Of a stretch of DNA of 64,000 nt, positions 60,570 through 64,000 are shown piece by piece. Numbering within the stretch: position 1 is the first letter of the stretch; every line of letters begins with the position of its first letter. This stretch comes from an uncultured Acidobacteriota bacterium (GTDB lineage: Bacteria > Acidobacteriota > Terriglobia > UBA7540): NCBI GenBank assembly GCA_963804995.1, contig CAWDSK010000006.1:1824001-1888000 (forward strand). Direction: 5' to 3'. The position numbers were made by a program, and so were the translations under genes. The notes under the pieces are model-generated. The model was given only the letters and a program-made list of their open reading frames with translations. It made no database searches and was not told the DNA's origin.

Positions 60570-62140
60570 GAAGTCGCAACCCCCGACTGCGGGGGATTCC
60601 ACATGACCGCCAGTACGGTCAAGTCATCTTCCGGAGGTTCGGGAGAAATCCTGCCAATTTCTTTGAAGATTCCCTCCACAACCTGATCAACGCCGGAACT
60701 CTCCTTACTGAAAACCTCTGCCAGCTTGTCCAGTTTGAAAACCGCCCGGTCACCGCACAGAGCTTCCACCACTCCATCCGTCACCAGGAGCAACGTATCG
60801 CCCGGCGCGAGCTGAAGTTTGCGATCAGCCAGCAGCGGACGATCCTCGATGCCGAGGGGAAACCCCTCGTCGCCGTATAGTATCTCCACCTCACGGGTTG
60901 GCCCGTGGCGGAGGAGGATTGGAAGGTGACCCCCATTAGCATACCAGAGTTCGCCCGATTGTGCGTCAAGTGCCATGAAAGTCATGGTGACGAATAACCC
61001 CCGGGTGGAGCGCTTCAAAAGTTGCTGATTGAGCCGCTCCAGGGCTTCACGAGGGCTGGAGGTGCGTGCCGCGGCAGAGCGAAAATCGCTGACCAGGCGG
61101 GCCAGGTAAAGCGCCGCGGCAATGCCTCGGCCGGCCACATCGCCGATTACGATGCCTTGACGACCGTCTGCGAGGTCCACAAAATCGTAGAAGTCACCGC
61201 CCACCACCGCGGCCGGTACGGTACGGGCGCGCGTGCAGAACCAGGGTGAGCAGGGAAATCCCACGGGTTGGAAGCTGCGCTGGATCTCCGCGGCCAGGCT
61301 CAGCTCCTGCTCCATTTTCCGTCTTTCCAGCAGTTCATTCTGCAAACGGCCCCGCTCTTCCGCCGCCACCGCTAATCTGTCCACCATCCGGTTGAAAGAG
61401 CGGGCCAGATCGCCCACCTCATCGTGAGAGCGAATATTGAGGCAGATATTGAGATTCCCCGCAGCAATCTCGGAAGTGCTTTCTGCCATCAGCTTCAAAG
61501 GACGGGTCACGCTGCGGGCGAGGAAGAAACTCAGAATCACCGCCACGCCCGCCGCCGCCAGTCCCGAAAGGAGCGTGGATTTCAGCCGCTCCCGCGCCTC
61601 CACCTGCAGCTCAGAGGCGCGCAGATCCGCCCCCAACACCGCCACCACTCACCCCTGACGATCTCGCAGGGGGTGAAAGGCGGAGAGCCATTGGTCATCG
61701 GATGAGTCCTCATAGATCTCAGTGGTGATAGGATACCCGCCCTCCAGGCATTTTCGCACACTGGCGGTGACGGCCGACCCCGGATCGGCTTCCGTCACCA
61801 CCCCTTGCCACAACAAAACGCGCGGGGCGCCATCAGATCCGGAGATCAACACGTAAATACGGGCTACCGTGGGGTTGTCAATCGATAACGAGCGCAGAAC
61901 CTGCACCGTGGTGGTGGCATCGGTAAAGCTACCCTGACCACTCAGTCCCTCCGCCTTTTCACCGTCAATCAGCAGCGCCCCGCTGGTCACGACCTGCAAC
62001 AGTTCCTGCCGCAGCGTCGTGGCAAGGATCCGCCGTTCTTTGCGATACTGGAGCACCCCCGCCAGAAGGACGGCGAAAACTGCAAGTAGGATGTTGGCCG
62101 TAGCAATCTTCCAGGCCAGCGACGTGCGGGCCGCAGACAT
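60566..62140 (-). CDS. Membrane sensor-HAMP-SpoIIE (PP2C) phosphatase with in-frame TGA at 61649-61651
   Basis: Two TM helices, HAMP (DEVGDLARSFN), VGGDFYD, GDVAGRG, NGGH, TDGVVEA, DDLT. Confidence 0.88.
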
Positions 62141-62225
62141 ACGTTTGATGGTACAGGGGTATCTTTATAAAATCAATGCATCACCCGTTAATATGGGCTT
62201 GGGTTGGGTGTAGGCAGGGACTCAC

Positions 62226-62402
62226 CTAGACCTGGTCTTGAGTCTTGTAATCACAAGCCTCTCGGCAGTCCTGGCAGTAGTATTGACCATCTTCAGTGAG
62301 TCGGAGGGTGTAGTCGGTTTGGCACAGAGCACAGTATTTGTGGCACTTGCAGAGGTCCTCTTGTTTGTCGCAGACAATGCACTTAAATATCTTGTATGCC
62401 AT
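62226..62402 (-). CDS. Small Cys-rich (probable zinc-binding) protein
   Basis: 58 aa with 9 Cys: CIVC, CKC, CALC, CQDC...C. Confidence 0.65.
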   Translation of the reverse strand: MAYKIFKCIVCDKQEDLCKCHKYCALCQTDYTLRLTEDGQYYCQDCREACDYKTQDQV

Positions 62403-62569
62403 AACGCGCAAGCCTCACTTTCACGAATTCAAAACCTGCCAGACTATTCTGCTGCTTTGGACGCACAAAATCAAACCAGGGAGGTGTGTTGAGCAAGCCC
62501 TCCGGTGGTGGGGTCTTATTACTTGAAATAGTGTATTGCTCAAGTTGACGTCCGCCGATACTATAGTTA

Positions 62570-63298
62570 ATGCTGGAACAAATGGAGCTACGTTTATCGG
62601 CGCTCACTGACCCCATGGGAACTATACCTATAAAGGACAAAACCCCCTCAACATATACGCCGCTTAGCAGCGTTTGGCAGGGAAGCGATGGAGATCTGCT
62701 CGAAGCAATGTTTAAGTTCTACGCGACCATTCCGCCTGAACCGATTTTGGACGCAACTTACAACGCGGGACGATTCTGGAAAGGCTCTAAACGGCGCATC
62801 GTTTCGATGGATATTGACCCGAAATACAGACCGATGATCGTCGATGACAATCGCAAAATGACCAAAGTTCCGTCTGCAAAATATGGCGTGGTCGTTTACG
62901 ACCCGCCACACGTGGGACCACAAGGGCGGGACAAGAGCAAGAAGCGATTCGATGTGGACTTTGGGGCGACGGTAGAGTGTGGTAAGGACCAAAATTGGAA
63001 CCTGAGTTACCTTTATCCGCCATTTTTGAAGCAGGCTAAGCGAGTGTTAAAGCCTGATGGTTTGCTGCTGGCGAAGATTACGGATATGGTGAATAACCAC
63101 AAGTCGAAATGGCCGCACTGTGACTTCATGCGAATGGCGGAAGAAGCGGGGTTTACTGTCTGCGATCTTATAATCAAAATCCGCAATGGCCCGATGGTTT
63201 CAAACAAGTGGAAAGAAGCCCATCACGCACGAAAGCGCCATTGCTTTTGGATTGTGTGCCGCAACGGGGACGCCTGCGAACGAGAGGTCAAGGCATGA
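62570..63298 (+). CDS. Amino (N6-A/N4-C) DNA methyltransferase
   Basis: ILDATYNAGRFW (SAM-binding) before VVVYDPPH catalytic motif; RVLKPDG. Confidence 0.8.
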   Translation: MLEQMELRLSALTDPMGTIPIKDKTPSTYTPLSSVWQGSDGDLLEAMFKFYATIPPEPILDATYNAGRFWKGSKRRIVSMDIDPKYRPMIVDDNRKMTKVPSAKYGVVVYDPPHVGPQGRDKSKKRFDVDFGATVECGKDQNWNLSYLYPPFLKQAKRVLKPDGLLLAKITDMVNNHKSKWPHCDFMRMAEEAGFTVCDLIIKIRNGPMVSNKWKEAHHARKRHCFWIVCRNGDACEREVKA

Positions 63299-63591
63299 AA
63301 CTTTCATTCTTTCCGGGTCAGCTTTTCCTCGACTCTGCGGACGACGGCACCCTGCGAGTGACGCTAAATGGGGAAGAAGTGCTTTGCACGCGGTCTAAGC
63401 GAGCAGCGGTAGCGAGATTCAATGCCCTTCGCGAAGAAATGGAGCGCCGCTTTCCACCCCACGAACTTACGCAAGAGGAGAAAGCTGAGGCGTTCAAAAG
63501 GGCAGTCGCCGATTCCCTAGTTCGGCACAACAGCCTTGGCGGCAGAAAGAAGAAGACGACGGCAGGGTCCACTAGGACATTCGGGGGTTAG
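63295..63591 (+). CDS. Hypothetical protein coupled to the MTase
   Basis: ATGA overlap with MTase stop codon; 98 aa. Confidence 0.65.
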   Translation: MKLSFFPGQLFLDSADDGTLRVTLNGEEVLCTRSKRAAVARFNALREEMERRFPPHELTQEEKAEAFKRAVADSLVRHNSLGGRKKKTTAGSTRTFGG

Positions 63592-63794
63592 GGCTTCCTC
63601 AACGTCAAGCCAGCCTGTATTTTCCCCGCAGTCATCGCGTTTCCAGCCAGCGCGCCAATATTTCCATGTGTTGTCGGACATTGTTGTTTGGGCCGATCCG
63701 GTGTACTGTACCCTTGAAAACGTGTCCCACGCTCCGGGGCTGGGCGCGAGCTGGTCGCACAACTCTCGTGTGACCCACAAGGGGACAATGCGGA

Positions 63795-64000
63795 ATGACA
63801 CCCGAGAATTTGGAACAAGTTGCCGCTGAGCTCAAGAAGCTCTCCGACAATCTCTCGCAGGAAACTCCTCCGGTCCTAAGGAGGGCACGTGCGACAAAAA
63901 TCCGCCGATCTATAATTGAAACCTGCGCAAAACTCCATAAGGTTGTGGAGGATCTCGACCCCGTTAAGTCGGCGGAATTTGTCTTCGACCCCTCAAATCC
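63795..64000 (+). CDS. N-terminus of a probable Eco29kI-family (GIY-YIG) restriction endonuclease (runs off window)
   Basis: Open frame MTPENLEQ...LDPVKSAEFVFDPSN resembles extended N-termini I recall for this family; catalytic part not visible. Confidence 0.45.
   Translation, partial: MTPENLEQVAAELKKLSDNLSQETPPVLRRARATKIRRSIIETCAKLHKVVEDLDPVKSAEFVFDPSN

Noticed and set aside
61649..61651. Selenocysteine codon
   Set aside because: The position is not a Cys-type catalytic site, no convincing SECIS was seen, and CGA to TGA is simpler
1..64000. tRNA, rRNA, tmRNA or riboswitches
   Set aside because: None recognised by eye; tRNAscan-SE and Infernal would be needed to exclude them

Overview
GC-rich bacterial chromosome segment, probably from an Acidobacteriota member (Acidobacterial-type VWA, DUF6600/FecR and RHS proteins; inference). 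The core backbone includes serS, miaA-hfq-hflX, an RND efflux triplet, glgB, fbaB, a sigma54 response regulator and an Mla/MCE transporter. It is overlaid by dense small mobile DNA: an intact ISKra4-type IS with a 9-bp target duplication, about eight distinct MITE-like shells (most carrying REP/REPIN palindromes as cargo), a 192-bp-period REPIN array, and a 628-nt ORF-less class C group II intron between that REP array and an orphan RHS toxin-immunity cassette. The 39-46 kb region is conflict-rich: a solo Cas4-like nuclease, a candidate HhH-glycosylase-like/HEPN fusion, and three TA pairs. Other notable loci are an octaheme reductive HAO-like cytochrome with a CRP/FNR-type promoter, a SpoIIE-RsbW-STAS partner switch in one operon with mlaEFD, and an MTase plus probable Eco29kI-like nuclease at the right edge. 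Several genes carry single-base indels that look like long-read errors. I saw no tRNA, rRNA or CRISPR array. All assignments come from reading the sequence by eye; no searches were run.
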